Source: Octopus bimaculoides
Lineage: Eukaryota
Assembly: GCF_001194135.2 (NCBI RefSeq)
Contig: NC_068984.1
Location: 110,852,805-110,916,754, forward strand
DNA: 63,950 nucleotides
Direction: 5' to 3'
Shown: one piece after another, positions 51,096 through 63,880 of the stretch
How the letters are laid out: the number at the start of each line of letters is the position of its first letter
Numbering within the stretch: position 1 is the first letter of the stretch
The notes under the pieces: model-generated
What the model saw: only the letters and a program-made list of their open reading frames with translations
Told to the model about the DNA's origin: nothing
The model's database searches: none
Translations under genes and position numbers: made by a program

Positions 51096-52464
51096 AATTC
51101 TTTTAAAATGTAGACGGTATGTGTGTGTTCTTACAATAAAAGACATGTGGTCAATATATGTGTTATCTGCATCTGTAAACCAATGGAGGTCTGCCTCCTG
51201 CCTTGCTGCTCTTCCAGAATTCTTTACTGGCCACCAGGTGGTTTTCTTGGTATTTAATAGCAAACAAGTCAGCAGATGGTGAACATTGTTCTTTTTTTTG
51301 CTTTGTTTTGTTTTTTGTTTTCCCTTCCTTTAGCTTTGTTCTCCCTTTTTTTCCTTGAAAAGACAAATAAATGATAACGTTAAAATCATGAATAATAAAA
51401 TAGATATTGATAAATAAATATAGCATGAAAATAGCGTAACATAAAACACTTATGCATGTATTTATACACTCACGAATACATAGTCAAATTCTAACAGAGA
51501 TACATGTATATAAAGTTAAGGAAGAGAAGGTTTGTCTATGCTTTTTCTATTTTCCTTGTGGAATTGTGAAAATAAAATAAAATAAAATGAAAATTCTTAA
51601 ATGTTAGATGGCAGAACTCGTCAAAAAGGTAAACGCAACAAAACAATTCACTACCCGACTCCCACAAATTTTTTTGTGGGAGAGGGGTTCACAAAAGCCC
51701 AAAAAAGGAAAACAGAAAATAGTACCACTAATAATAATACTAATAATAGTAGTAGTAGTAGTAATAAAATTTAAAATAATAATAATAGTAATAACATGTT
51801 TCATTACTTCCCTATAAAAAAGACAATTACTTCCATATGTCAATGGTGATGATGACATAGATGATGTTGATGATGATCATGGCCTGAATGGTATTCAGGA
51901 CACTGGGGTAGAATGAATAAGATGTTTAACATTTTTTTGAAAAAAATTGTTTATTTATTTTTGCCCCATCCCCATATAAACTCCAGATAAAATAATGTCT
52001 ATATCATATTTTTAAAAATATATTTAGCATTTTTTTTCTTTTAGTTAGAGGAGGGGACAAAACTGTTACAATTGGAATTGGAAATGCAATCTCTCTCTCA
52101 CAACAACAAGAACAAAAACAAGAATAGTAAAATATCTCAGATTTGGCAAACATTGAAAAACCTGAAAAATGACATCTGACTTCCATATTGTAGAAAATCC
52201 TCTTGAATACATAGAGGCAAACAACACATGCGCACATGAACATACGTCGTATATGTGTATATATATATCTATATATGTATGTATATGTATGTACATATAT
52301 ATATATATATATGTATGTATATGTATGTACATATATATATATGTATGTACATATATATATATGTATGTATATGTATGTACATATATATATATATGTATGT
52401 ATATGTATGTACGTATATATATATATATATATATGTATGAACGTATATATATATATATATAGAA

Positions 52465-52507
<43 letters not shown>

Positions 52508-53494
52508 TCTGCGTATGTGTGTGTGTGTGAATTTATGTATATAAATATCTATGCGTGTATAATATATATTTGTGTGACTTTGATATTCTGATATATGTAT
52601 TTATGTTATGTATATATATATATGTCTATGTATATATATATTTATATATACGCATACATTTATGCAATCGTGTGTGCGTGGGCATGTGTGTGCAAGTGCA
52701 TATGTGCGTGCGCGTGTGTATATTATCATTGTTGTTATTGTTGTTTGTTATTCTCCCAGTTATTTTCTAGCAAAGATTATTTGACATTTTAATGCTCTTA
52801 ATCACACAACTGCAACACCAGACATATATATTACTGTGAAAAATCTGAAATGGTCGGTGGTTTCTTTTTGCCTGAGTAACCCTCTCCCTTGCCTGGATGC
52901 CTGGATATTCATAATAACCTGAATTAGACTCATGCATAACAGTTTCACTAGTGCATGACATTGCATAACAAGATATGTATATATCTATCTATTTATCTAC
53001 GTACCTACCCATGTATATATATATATATATATATAAATGTGAGTGTATGTGTGTATACATAAATGTATATATATATATATACATACATATTTATATACAT
53101 ATACGCACACACCACACACATATATATGTATGTATACATACATGAATGCATATATATATATACAGATAGATAGATAGATAAGCAGTGTGTATATTTGTGT
53201 CTGTTTTTATATATAAGTGTTTATATCTTTTTACATGCATTCATCTGAGCATATATATATNNNNNNNNNNTATATATCGATATATATATGTATATATATA
53301 TATATATGTATGTACATATATATATGTATGTACATATATATATGTATGTACATATTTATATGTATATGTATGTACATATATATATATGTATATGTATGTA
53401 TATATATATATATGTATATAAATATATATGCATGTATGTATGCATATAGATAGATCAGTAAACTGCCAGACAGTACAACAGTACAGACAGAGAG

Positions 53495-53572
<78 letters not shown>

Positions 53573-53959
53573 ATACGTATATATATTATGAAATTGATAG
53601 ATTGCTAGAGCGGCAGATAGATAGATAGATATGCAGGTTTCTTTCAGGTGCATATAATTACATATCCCTCCATTTTCTGCTCCAGGAAATAAATCTGTTA
53701 GGCTTTTAGCCATTCTTAGTCTAGGAGTTGGTCAAGAAATGCTCTTTGTTATGTGCAAGCACAGTAAATCCCCTTCCAGTTTCTGATGAGCTTAACCATA
53801 TCTTGAAGAAGTATTCCAGCCATAATCAATCATTCTGTCTATATGCTAAACACACACAGATATGTATATATGCATATATATGTATGTGCGTGTGCATATA
53901 TATATATATATGTATGCATGGAAGATGGACGTTAAAGAATGATGATGATGATGATATGC

Positions 53960-54018
<59 letters not shown>

Positions 54019-54634
54019 TATACATATACACACACACATATATATATATATGCATATATACATACACCCATATATAGATATGCATATACATGCATACATT
54101 TATATATATATATATATATCAATATACATATATGCTTACTATATATGTGTTTGTATGTATGTATGTATGTATGTATGTATGTAGTAATAGCGCAAATTAA
54201 AAATTAGAAGTTCCTGAATTGTGAACAGGATTATTCTAATGCCTTTGTTAAGTAGGTGGGGAAGTGGTTTTGCCTCTCATTACTTTTTCCCTTTTGCTTT
54301 GTATGTCTTGATACATTCTCTCTCTTTGCCCCGCATTTTCTCTTCCTATTTCCTTTGAGTATCTGTGTTTTCTTTATGTGTGTGTATGTGAGTGCATGTA
54401 TCTGTGTATGTCTGTCCCTTTTATCGGTAGTTTTATATATTTTTGTTTCTGTATCAGCATCATGGAGGTCATTATGACAAATTTAAATATTTGAAACTCT
54501 GAGCATTTGCTATTATTATAAGTAAACGGCTTGCCTGTAGATAGTATTCTATTGTATACCTGTTCTCAGTTTATTATTTTTCCATGTAAAGTTTACTCTG
54601 CAAAAAGCAAACAAAATGAAAAGAGTAGAAAAAA

Positions 54635-54858
54635 TTAAAATATTCTTTACTACTCTAGGCACAAGGCCCAAAATGTTGGGGGAGGGGGCCTGTCTATTAG
54701 ATCGACACCAGTACGCAACTGGTACTTAATTTATCGACCTTGAAATCATGAAAGGCAAAGTCAACCTTGGTGGAATTTGAACTCAGAATGTAAAGACAGA
54801 CGAAATATTGTTAAGCATTTCACCCAGCATGCTAACGATTTTGCCAGCTCACCACCTT
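54635..54858 (-). mobile_element. SINE family A
   Basis: Reverse complement of 36048-36252, including the head aaggtggtgagctggcaaaatcgttagc. Confidence 0.88.
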
Positions 54859-55084
54859 AAAGAAAAATCTAAGATATTGAAATAGTGAAAAGTGGAATGC
54901 TTCTTACAACGCAAGAAGGAAAACGTTTAATAATTTTTCTATATTTCAAGCAGAAAGGTCCATCATCAGAAATAAATGTCAGTCAATATAGAACCAGTCA
55001 CTGTTGTGTTGTTTAACTTCTTTATCTCAATGATTGAAGCAAGCTACAATGCTCTTCTAAAGAAAGAAAGCAAACAAAAAAAGA

Positions 55085-55400
55085 AACACTCGATCTGTTC
55101 AGTGTTGCCATCTGTTAGGTTCATCTCTTACTGACCTATTGTCTCATTGGCAACTCTGGCAACTTGTCTTTGTTTTGCATCCTTTAAACGTTTTCTCTTT
55201 CCTTTTTTGACTCTTGGCTCTTGTGGATTGCATTTTGTTGATGTAATTGTTCTAATCATTTTTCCCTTGTTTCTTGTGACTCATTGGCCCTGCGTGCAAC
55301 AACTCTCCTTTGGTCATTTTCATGGCATTGCTGTCGTTGTGCAGAGATCTCAAGTGACCTTACTCTGGCTACCTGTACCCGTTTTTGCTTCTCTGTAGAA
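55085..55400 (-). pseudogene. Decayed STPR-type 23-aa repeat coding remnant, probably a Helitron RepHel N-terminus
   Basis: EISAQRQQCHENDQRRVVARRAN / ESQETREK*LEQLHQQNAIHKSQ / ESKKEREKRLKDAKQRQVARVAN / ET: exact 23-aa period, with one stop and one 1-bp deletion. Confidence 0.65.
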
Positions 55401-55574
55401 TACTGATCATCTACATCTGCCCAATCTCATCATGTAGAGAGTAAGAACATTTTTCTCGGAAATATTTTTGAAAATCAAAATGGGTATTTAATAAAAGGGT
55501 ATTAAATGAAAAGGAGTGAAAGTTACATGAATATCTTCACAAGAGTGATTGAAATAAAAGGCGATTGTGGAACA

Positions 55575-55624
<50 letters not shown>

Positions 55625-56245
55625 AGTATCAGACATCAAGGTTTATTTCTCTCCTGCTTTTGCCCTCTCTTTGGGCTGGCTTTCTTTCACCTTCACCTAT
55701 AGAACATACATACAGTATCAAACATCAGCATCTCTCTCTCCCCCGCTATCCCTCTCTCTTTCAACATCTAAAGAAACTTGTTTTCTCTCTCCCTTTCTTT
55801 CTCTCTGTCTTTTTCTCATTCTATGTTTCTCTCGCTCACACATATTCTCTCTCATTCCTCTAATAGTTCCACTCTTTTAGTTTGTGTCTATTTCTTTCAT
55901 TCTCTTTTTCTTTCTATTTCTAATTCACTCACACTCTTAAGCCATATACATTTCTCTCTCTATTGAAAAACGTTGTGACGAATGAGGAGATGGAGGAGAA
56001 AAAGTAAAGAGCCACTCTCTTACTTTATTCTGTTTCTATCTCTAACCATTTCACTCTGTCATTGACATTATGCACAGACATACAAATACACAGACATTTG
56101 CTACTCTATCTATCTGTCTGTCTGTCCATCCATCCATCCATTCATNNNNNNNNNNNNNNNNNNNNNNNNNNNNNNNNNNNNNNNNNNNNNNNNNNNNNNN
56201 NNNNNNNNNNNNNNNNNNNNNNNNNNNNNNNNNNNNNNNNNNNNN

Positions 56246-56286
<41 letters not shown>

Positions 56287-56735
56287 ATATTATCAACACA
56301 AGGCATTACATATTCATAGATATATAGACAGATATGTAGATAGAGATCCATGTCTGTGTGGGAGGTATGTGTTTGTGCTTGTGTGTGTGTGCATGTATGA
56401 ATGTGAGTATATGCATAAGCTTATACCATTTAAAATCAGTGATGTTTTTGGTATACCTGTATTCAGCATTTTCACAAATACATACTGATAAAAATATATA
56501 CAAAACGAAAAAAATAATCACTATGGTCGATATATAAAACCTTAGAGGTGGTGCCCCAGGATGACGACAATCCAATAACCAGTAAAGTAAAGTGAATGAT
56601 AGAATTTATGTACCATGCTGAATTCAAAATAATTATTTATCGGTGTTATGAATTATAAAAATAATATAAATGTAGTATCTCAAATACTCTATATCCTCAT
56701 AGCTTGGAGCATGACACAAAAGGAATATATATATT

Positions 56736-56798
<63 letters not shown>

Positions 56799-57368
56799 TT
56801 ATATATATATATACGNNNNNNNNNNNNNNNNNNNNNNNNNNNNNNNNNNNNNNNNNNNNNNNNNNNNNNNNNNNNNNNNNNNNNNNNNNNNNNNNNNNNN
56901 NNNNNNNNNNNNNNNNNNNNNNNNNNNNNNNNNNNNNNNNNNNNNNNNNNNNNNNNNNNNNNNNNNNNNNNNNNNNNNNNNNNNNNNNNNNNNNNNNNNN
57001 NNNNNNNNNNNNNNNNNNNNNNNNNNNNNNNNNNNNNNNNNNNNNNNNNNNNNNNNNNNNNNNNNNNNNNNNNNNNNNNNNNNNNNNNNNNNNNNNNNNN
57101 NNNNNNNNNNNNNNNNNNNNNNNNNNNNNNNNNNNNNNNNNNNNNNNNNNNNNNNNNNNNNNNNNNNNNNNNNNNNNNNNNNNNNNNNNNNNNNNNNNNN
57201 NNNNNNNNNNNNNNNNNNNNNNNNNNNNNNNNNNNNNNNNNNNNNNNNNNNNNNNNNNNNNNNNNNNNNNNNNNNNNNNNNNNNNNNNNNNNNNNNNNNN
57301 NNNNNNNNNNNNNNGCCTCCTGATAATTAATCGATATTAATTAATATATGATTAATTAACAGATTTTA

Positions 57369-57405
<37 letters not shown>

Positions 57406-57469
57406 TATATAAATATATGCATATATCCATACATATCTGTACATACCTACATCTATATGAATACATACA

Positions 57470-57850
57470 TGCATATATCGGTACAGGACATAAAAAGAAA
57501 ACGTTAAACGCAATGAGAAATGAAGACATAAAAACGAAATCATGGAAAACGAAAATTTTTCGAACAATGAAAAAAAAACAAACAGAAAAACGAGACATGC
57601 AACATAAAGAGTATACCTCTTCGTCAGTTGTCCCTGTTTCATCTACTCCGCATTTCGAATGGATGGACAATACGCGACTTCGTTGGAACAGTCCTTCCCG
57701 CAAAGCAAATTAAATAGAATTTGGAATTTTTTGCAGAGGGTGAAAGTGTTAACAAGAACAGGACAGTGAGAACAAGACAGTAAAAACAAACGGTGAGGGC
57801 CGTTGAGCCAAGACAATAGAAAAATTATTATGAACGCTAGGTACATGAGC
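57470..57850. promoter_or_regulatory. CpG-retaining unique block, possible promoter or first exon
   Basis: Visibly more CG dinucleotides than the flanks; not a repeat recognised in this window; splice-like sites on both strands; strand unresolved. Confidence 0.25.
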
Positions 57851-58061
57851 CATGAGAGAAGAGACAGAAAAAAGCAGGTCTTTCTTTAGGAAGGCAGTGG
57901 ACAGAAAGAGAGATGCTCTTTCATCACATGTCAGCGACAAGAGAGTCAAAGAGGAAGAGTGAGAAAGGGAGAGAAGAAGAGGGAAAGGGTGGGAGAGAAA
58001 AACAGAAAAGATGAAGAACAAGAGAGGGAGAGAAATAGAAAGAGAAGAGATAATAGAAGAG

Positions 58062-59011
58062 TGCAGCTGATGCACTTTCACCTTGCTCTTTAATGAGGTG
58101 AAAAATTCTTCGCTCCTTAAATCTCATGAACCATCCTTGACTTGCCTTGAACTCTACATCTTTCTCATCTGAATATTTTTTCTTCAGGTCCTCAAAGAAA
58201 CGCTTTCTCTTGAAGGATTTCTTGACTAATAGTAGTACGCTGATGATTCAACCTAACAATCTAAAGAGAAAGAAGACTTTCCATTTCTTCAAAGATTTTG
58301 CCTCTTTTCTTGTTGATGACAGTATTCTTCATCCCTGGGGCTTCAGACTTGATATGTACTNNNNNNNNNNTTGATGACAGTATTCTTCATCCCTGGGGCT
58401 TCAGACTTGATATGTACTAAAATCTTGTCCTTATTATGTACAATCGTCGATACAGTTGTCTGACTCATCCCAAAAGATTGTGCAACTGCTACTACTTTTT
58501 CACCCTTCCATGATACTTAGCACTTTCATTATGAATTTTCTTAGGAGCCATGGGGGCAAAAAATAAAGTTACAAATGAATGAGAATGAGAAAGTAGCTGA
58601 TAAACAAATGTAAACAAATCTGAATTCAAAACAATCGAGGGAATTACAAGTGACAATGATGCTTTATGGTAGATATCAGAACTTCACTGCAACATGAGCT
58701 ACAGAAGACCAATAAATAAGAAAACACTGCTGATTTCATTATTTCACTTTATGGTGTATATCTTAGCATTTACTGTACATATTTTAATATGATTTTATAT
58801 ACTTTTATACTTGTTTATTGTACAGTAACATGATTTTATGTGCTTTTAATGGTTTTCTAGTGATTTTACAATTCTAATATTTGTGGCTGACAGACGTAAA
58901 GTTGAGTAAAGTGACTCAACTTGATTTTTATTTTTCCATATATTATTTTTGAAAACTGATGCATAATTGAAAATGACTTAAATTGAATCGACTCAAGTCG
59001 AGATATGCCTG
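58062..59011 (-). mobile_element. 5' portion of a Tigger/pogo DNA transposon (CENP-B-type HTH domains), decayed
   Basis: TA|CAGGCATATCTCG TIR at 59011; ATG at 58551 (MAPKK); VAQSFGMSQTTVSTIVHNKDKIL, ILQEKA and FKASQGWFMRFKER...GESASA, with stops and frameshifts. Confidence 0.9.
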
Positions 59012-59151
59012 TAATATATTTATATAAGTGTATGCCTAAAATTGTCTCATAGTCTTATAAAACTAATACAGTATATATTCAATTTTTTTTGTGTTTCTTT
59101 GTGTACATGTGTGTATATATATACATTTATATATATATATATACTTCTAGG

Positions 59152-59183
<32 letters not shown>

Positions 59184-60088
59184 TCTTTTATAGTTTTATT
59201 GTTTCAGTCATTTTGCTGTGGACAAACATATCTGGGAGTGTTTTAGTCATCCCTCTTATATGTATGTAATATAATTTTTCTGAATTTTCAGATTTTTTCA
59301 ATATGCTAGGCCACTGGTTTTTAATTGATATTACTCAAATTAATATTCAATTTTTCACCCTTATTATTTAAANNNNNNNNNNNNNNNNNNNNNNNNNNNN
59401 NNNNNNNNNNNNNNNNNNNNNNNNNNNNNNNNNNNNNNNNNNNNNNNNNNNNNNNNNNNNNNNNNNNNNNNNNNNNNNNNNNNNNNNNNNNNNNNNNNNN
59501 NNNNNNNNNNNNNNNNNNNNNNNNNNNNNNNNNNNNNNNNNNNNNNNNNNNNNNNNNNNNNNNNNNNNNNNNNNNNNNNNNNNNNNNNNNNNNNNNNNNN
59601 NNNNNNNNNNNNNNNNNNNNNNNNNNNNNNNNNNNNNNNNNNNNNNNNNNNNNNNNNNNNNNNNNNNNNNNNNNNNNNNNNNNNNNNNNNNNNNNNNNNN
59701 NNNNNNNNNNNNNNNNNNNNNNNNNNNNNNNNNNNNNNNNNNNNNNNNNNNNNNNNNNNNNNNNNNNNNNNNNNNNNNNNNNNNNNNAACATCCTCTCTT
59801 TATACCATTTATTTCTTTTTTAAACTTAACCAGGATCCATTCTAAATATAGATATAATTAGAGAGTTGTATAATCAAAATTATCACTGCAGAAAAATACT
59901 AAATATATAATAAGTGCAGCAATAAACTAGAATTTCATAAAATGACATCTGAATAGTAGACTTCTGTCTTATCTTTAAATGTATGTAATTGTCATTTAAA
60001 AAAAAAAACTTTTGCAGTGAAATTTTTCATCTATATTGTTGAAAATTTCATTTTAACATTTTGGACTTGTTTTTCAATTATATATGTA

Positions 60089-60133
<45 letters not shown>

Positions 60134-60180
60134 ATAAATAGATGGATAGATAATGATATAGATATAGGTATATAGGCACA

Positions 60181-60315
60181 GACATGGCTGTGTGGTGAGA
60201 AGCTTGCTTCCCAATTACATGGTCCTAGTTTCAGTCCCATTGTGTGTTACCTTGAGCAAGTGTCTTTTATTGTAACCCTAGGTTGACCAAAACTTTGTTA
60301 GTAGATTTGGTAGAC
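60181..60315 (+). mobile_element. SINE family B 5' part (interrupted)
   Basis: ggctgtgtggtgagaagcttgcttccc...gatttggtagacagaaactg; resumes after 60550. Confidence 0.85.
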
Positions 60316-60323
60316 AGAAACTG

Positions 60324-60542
60324 GCGGCGAGCAGGCAGAAACGTTAGCACGCCGGGCGAAGTGCTTAGCGGTATTACGTTCTGAGTTCAAATTCCGCCGA
60401 GGTCGACTTTGCCTTTCATCCTTTTGGGGTCGATAAATTAAGTACCAATTAAGGCACTGGGATCGATGTAATCGACTTAAACCCTTTGTCTGTCTTTGTT
60501 TGTCCCCTCTGTGTTTAGCCTCTTGTGGGCAATAACGAAATA
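60324..60542 (+). mobile_element. Young SINE family A inserted into SINE B with an 8-bp TSD
   Basis: TSD agaaactg at 60316-60323 and 60543-60550; CpGs intact. Confidence 0.9.
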
Positions 60543-61157
60543 AGAAACTGGAAAAAGTGTGTTGTATATACATTATATATGTACATATCTCTCTCTTACT
60601 CTCTCTCTGTCTGTGGATCAAAATCCTTCAAAGGGATGTCAAACATCCAAGTCCACCAGTACAGTCCAAGCAAAGAATATATATAAAAAATATTTATTCA
60701 GTATTTGCAAAAGACAATATATGAAGTATAAGGAAAGGAAAAAAATTGTAAGTGTAGACGATCTTCAATTCATAATCCAGGTTGGTAGAGATCCATTATG
60801 AATTCTACAGATTGTTTCAGAGTCTAATTAATTCCAAAGACAAAAACGAAAATCTCTTCTTGGAATAAAAGTTAGATTCTTCATCAGGAATTATATATTG
60901 GTATAAATATGGGAATGAACAAATAAAATATATATACACTTGAAATATATATATATATACACACATAAAAGTTTGGAGGGATATGTTATGGAGGCGGATA
61001 TCATATTAGCTTTCAGTTAAGTTCCAGTTAATAGCTAACCACACTAATCTGTATCTAACGTCTCTGACTACATTTAGTTGTTAGTCACTCCATAATTATT
61101 CTGATGGGTAACTCCATGTTCTAATCAGTGTGAGTGTGTGTGTGTGCATGTATGTAA

Positions 61158-61194
<37 letters not shown>

Positions 61195-61722
61195 NNNNNN
61201 NNNNNNNNNNNNNNNNNNNNNNNNNNNNNNNNNNNNNNNNNNNNNNNNNNNNNNNNNNNNNNNNNNNNNNNNNNNNNNNNNNNNNNNNNNNNNNNNNNNN
61301 NNNNNNNNNNNNNNNNNNNNNNNNNNNNNNNNNNNNNNNNNNNNNNNNNNNNNNNNNNNNNNNNNNNNNNNNNNNNNNNNNNNNNNNNNNNNNNNNNNNN
61401 NNNNNNNNNNNNNNNNNNNNNNNNNNNNNNNNNNNNNNNNNNNNNNNNNNNNNNNNNNNNNNNNNNNNNNNNNNNNNNNNNNNNNNNNNNNNNNNNNNNN
61501 NNNNNNNNNNNNNNNNNNNNNNNNNNNNNNNNNNNNNNNNNNNNNNNNNNNNNNNNNNNNNNNNNNNNNNNNNNNNNNNNNNNNNNNNNNNNNNNNNNNN
61601 NNNNNNNNNNNNNNNNNNNNNNNNNNNNNNNNNNNNNNNNNNNNNNNNNNNNNNNNNNNNNNNNNNNNNNNNNNNNNNNNNNNNNNNNNNNNGTATGTAT
61701 GTATATATATGCATATATCTAT

Positions 61723-61757
<35 letters not shown>

Positions 61758-61769
61758 TATGTGTGTTAT

Positions 61770-61804
<35 letters not shown>

Positions 61805-62458
61805 TAATCTTTACAACATAATGCCATTGGTGTACTTATCATTTGGTTGTAACCACGTTTATAAATACACATTTAATTGCCTGTTTTTTCATTGCTTTTC
61901 CCTTTGTATCTTATCATACAAGCCACACCCCTTGTTAGATTTTTTTTTTTCTTCCTCATGGCAACATGATAAATCCCTTGAAATACACTATGACCAAAGG
62001 GAGGTAAAAGAAAAAAAAATAATAACATATGGTTAAGTCATTTACTTCACTATTTTTTCTAGTTCTTTTCTTTCCCCTCAAAGCAAGCTAATATACTCTG
62101 CAAATTGATATAAACATTTGAATTGTTGACAAGTTGGGAAGTGTTCACACATCATGTCTCTAAACAGTTTTACCAATCAAGGCAGCAAAATTCGTTTATT
62201 TTAAAACATTTTGTCAGATCTTTCTCTCAAGTCATACTTTGTAATTAATCTATGTCCAAGCATATTTAGCTGTTGTTAATGTTTTTTGTTTGTTTTTTTT
62301 TTGTCTTTAGTCATTCTGATGTTGATTGAATACATCAAAGATCAAAGGTGTTTCACCCATGACCAGTCCATCTTAAACATCCAGGCCTATATTCTTCTAT
62401 TCATTTATTCTTTTACTTGTTTCAGACATTTGACTGTGGTCATGCTGGAGCACCACCT

Positions 62459-62574
62459 TAACGGATTTTAGTCAAAGAAATTGACTCAGGACTAACGGGT
62501 TTTAGTCAAAGAAATTGACTCAGGACTAACGGGTTTTAGTCAAAGAAATTGACTCAGGACTAACGGGTTTTAGT
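62459..62574. repeat. 34-bp minisatellite derived from a SINE B segment
   Basis: taacgggttttagtcaaagaaattgactcaggac starts at 62459, 62493, 62527 and 62561, then runs into an N gap. Confidence 0.92.
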
Positions 62575-62856
62575 NNNNNNNNNNNNNNNNNNNNNNNNNN
62601 NNNNNNNNNNNNNNNNNNNNNNNNNNNNNNNNNNNNNNNNNNNNNNNNNNNNNNNNNNNNNNNNNNNNNNNNNNNNNNNNNNNNNNNNNNNNNNNNNNNN
62701 NNNNNNNNNNNNNNNNNNNNNNNNNNNNNNNNNNNNNNNNNNNNNNNNNNNNNNNNNNNNNNNNNNNNNNNNNNNNNNNNNNNNNNNNNNNNNNNNNNNN
62801 NNNNNNNNNNNNNNNNNNNNNNNNNNNACACACACACACACACACACACACACATA

Positions 62857-63092
62857 CTGGGTGGTCCAAAAGTAGGTTTACAGTTATCACGTAGGCACTT
62901 TAAATTTCTTTTAAAGCATTTTATTACATTTTAAATTTCTATCTTACAAACTGAAAAGGGAGCTTGACAAAAAGTACCAAATTAGCATAGAACGATGGTT
63001 TCCTATTTCTTTATAATTAAAACCTAAACTCTTAATATATGTATACAAAAGAGATAGCTGAATAACTGTAAACCTACTTTTGGGCCACCCTG
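62857..63092. mobile_element. Complete 236-bp Tc1/mariner-type MITE
   Basis: ~30-bp TIRs c(t)gggtggtccaaaagtaggtttacagtta / taactgtaaacctacttttgggccaccctg; TA TSD on both sides. Confidence 0.92.
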
Positions 63093-63099
63093 TATTTAC

Positions 63100-63250
63100 A
63101 ACAGTTTCCATCTATCAAATCTGCTCACAAGGCTTTGGTCAGCCTGAGACTGTAGTATAAGGCACTTGCCCAAGGTGCTACACAATGGGACTGAACCTGG
63201 AACCATGTGGCTGGGGAGCAAGCTTCTTACCACACAGCCATGCCTGCATT
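63100..63250 (-). mobile_element. SINE family B 5' part
   Basis: cacaaggctttggtcagcc...ggaaccatgtggctggggagcaagcttcttaccacacagcc. Confidence 0.82.
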
Positions 63251-63664
63251 GATGCTTTTCTATAGTAATGCTGATGCTGATTAATACACCAAATATCAAA
63301 GGCGTTTCATCCATGATCAGTCCATTTTATATATCCAGGCCTCTATTCTTCTATGTGAACTTCTGTTTTTTTCATTTCTGACATTGCATGATAATTGTAA
63401 ACGAGTGCCCCTGTAATATAAGCGGTGCCATTTGCTTTGAGGCTTCCATTGAAAGAAGGTACATTACCTGTTGGTGACAGGAAAGGTATCTGTCTGTAGG
63501 AAATTTGCCTCAATAAATTCCATCCAGCCCATGCAAGCCTGAAAAAGAGGGCATTGAAACAATAATGAAAGGACGATGAGGAATGGAGGTGCGATCTGAG
63601 GGAGATTTAATTGTCATTTCTTGTATGTGAACATATGGAGGTAACCATACGGAGGCTTCTTGTT

Positions 63665-63880
63665 TCTTACTCTTTTACTTGTTTCAGCCATTTGGCTGTG
63701 GCGATGCTGGAGCACCGCCTTTAGTCGAGCAAATCGACCCCGGGACTTATTCTTTGTAAGCCTAGTACTTATTCGATCGGTCTCTTTTTGCTAAACCACT
63801 AAGTGACGGAGACATAAACACACCAGCATCGGTTGTCAAGCAATGCTAGGGGGACAGACACACAAACATAAACACACACA
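63665..63880 (-). mobile_element. SINE family B 3' part, CpG-rich
   Basis: cttgtttcagccatttggctgtggcgatgctggagcaccgcc...ccagcatcggttgtcaagc. Confidence 0.85.

Noticed and set aside
51081-51263. Minus ORF containing WFTDADNTY, reminiscent of the glycosyltransferase WF..ADDDTY motif, with a GTAAGA donor
   Set aside because: The DxD motif is not actually matched, the acceptor is weak, and there are no flanking exons of such a gene.
51659-51682. Perfect 10-bp hairpin ctcccacaaa-tttt-tttgtgggag as a Helitron 3' hairpin or terminator
   Set aside because: No CTRR end follows and there is no associated element; a single short stem is expected by chance.
58062-58551. Domesticated CENP-B/TIGD-like gene
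   Set aside because: It has in-frame stops, at least two frameshifts, a deletion in the first HTH and a retained TIR, so it is a decayed transposon.
62459-62574. 34-bp repeats (and the 66-bp repeats at 5881-6120) as a CRISPR array
   Set aside because: Units are contiguous with no unique spacers, derive from SINE/LINE sequence, and lie in eukaryotic DNA with no cas genes.
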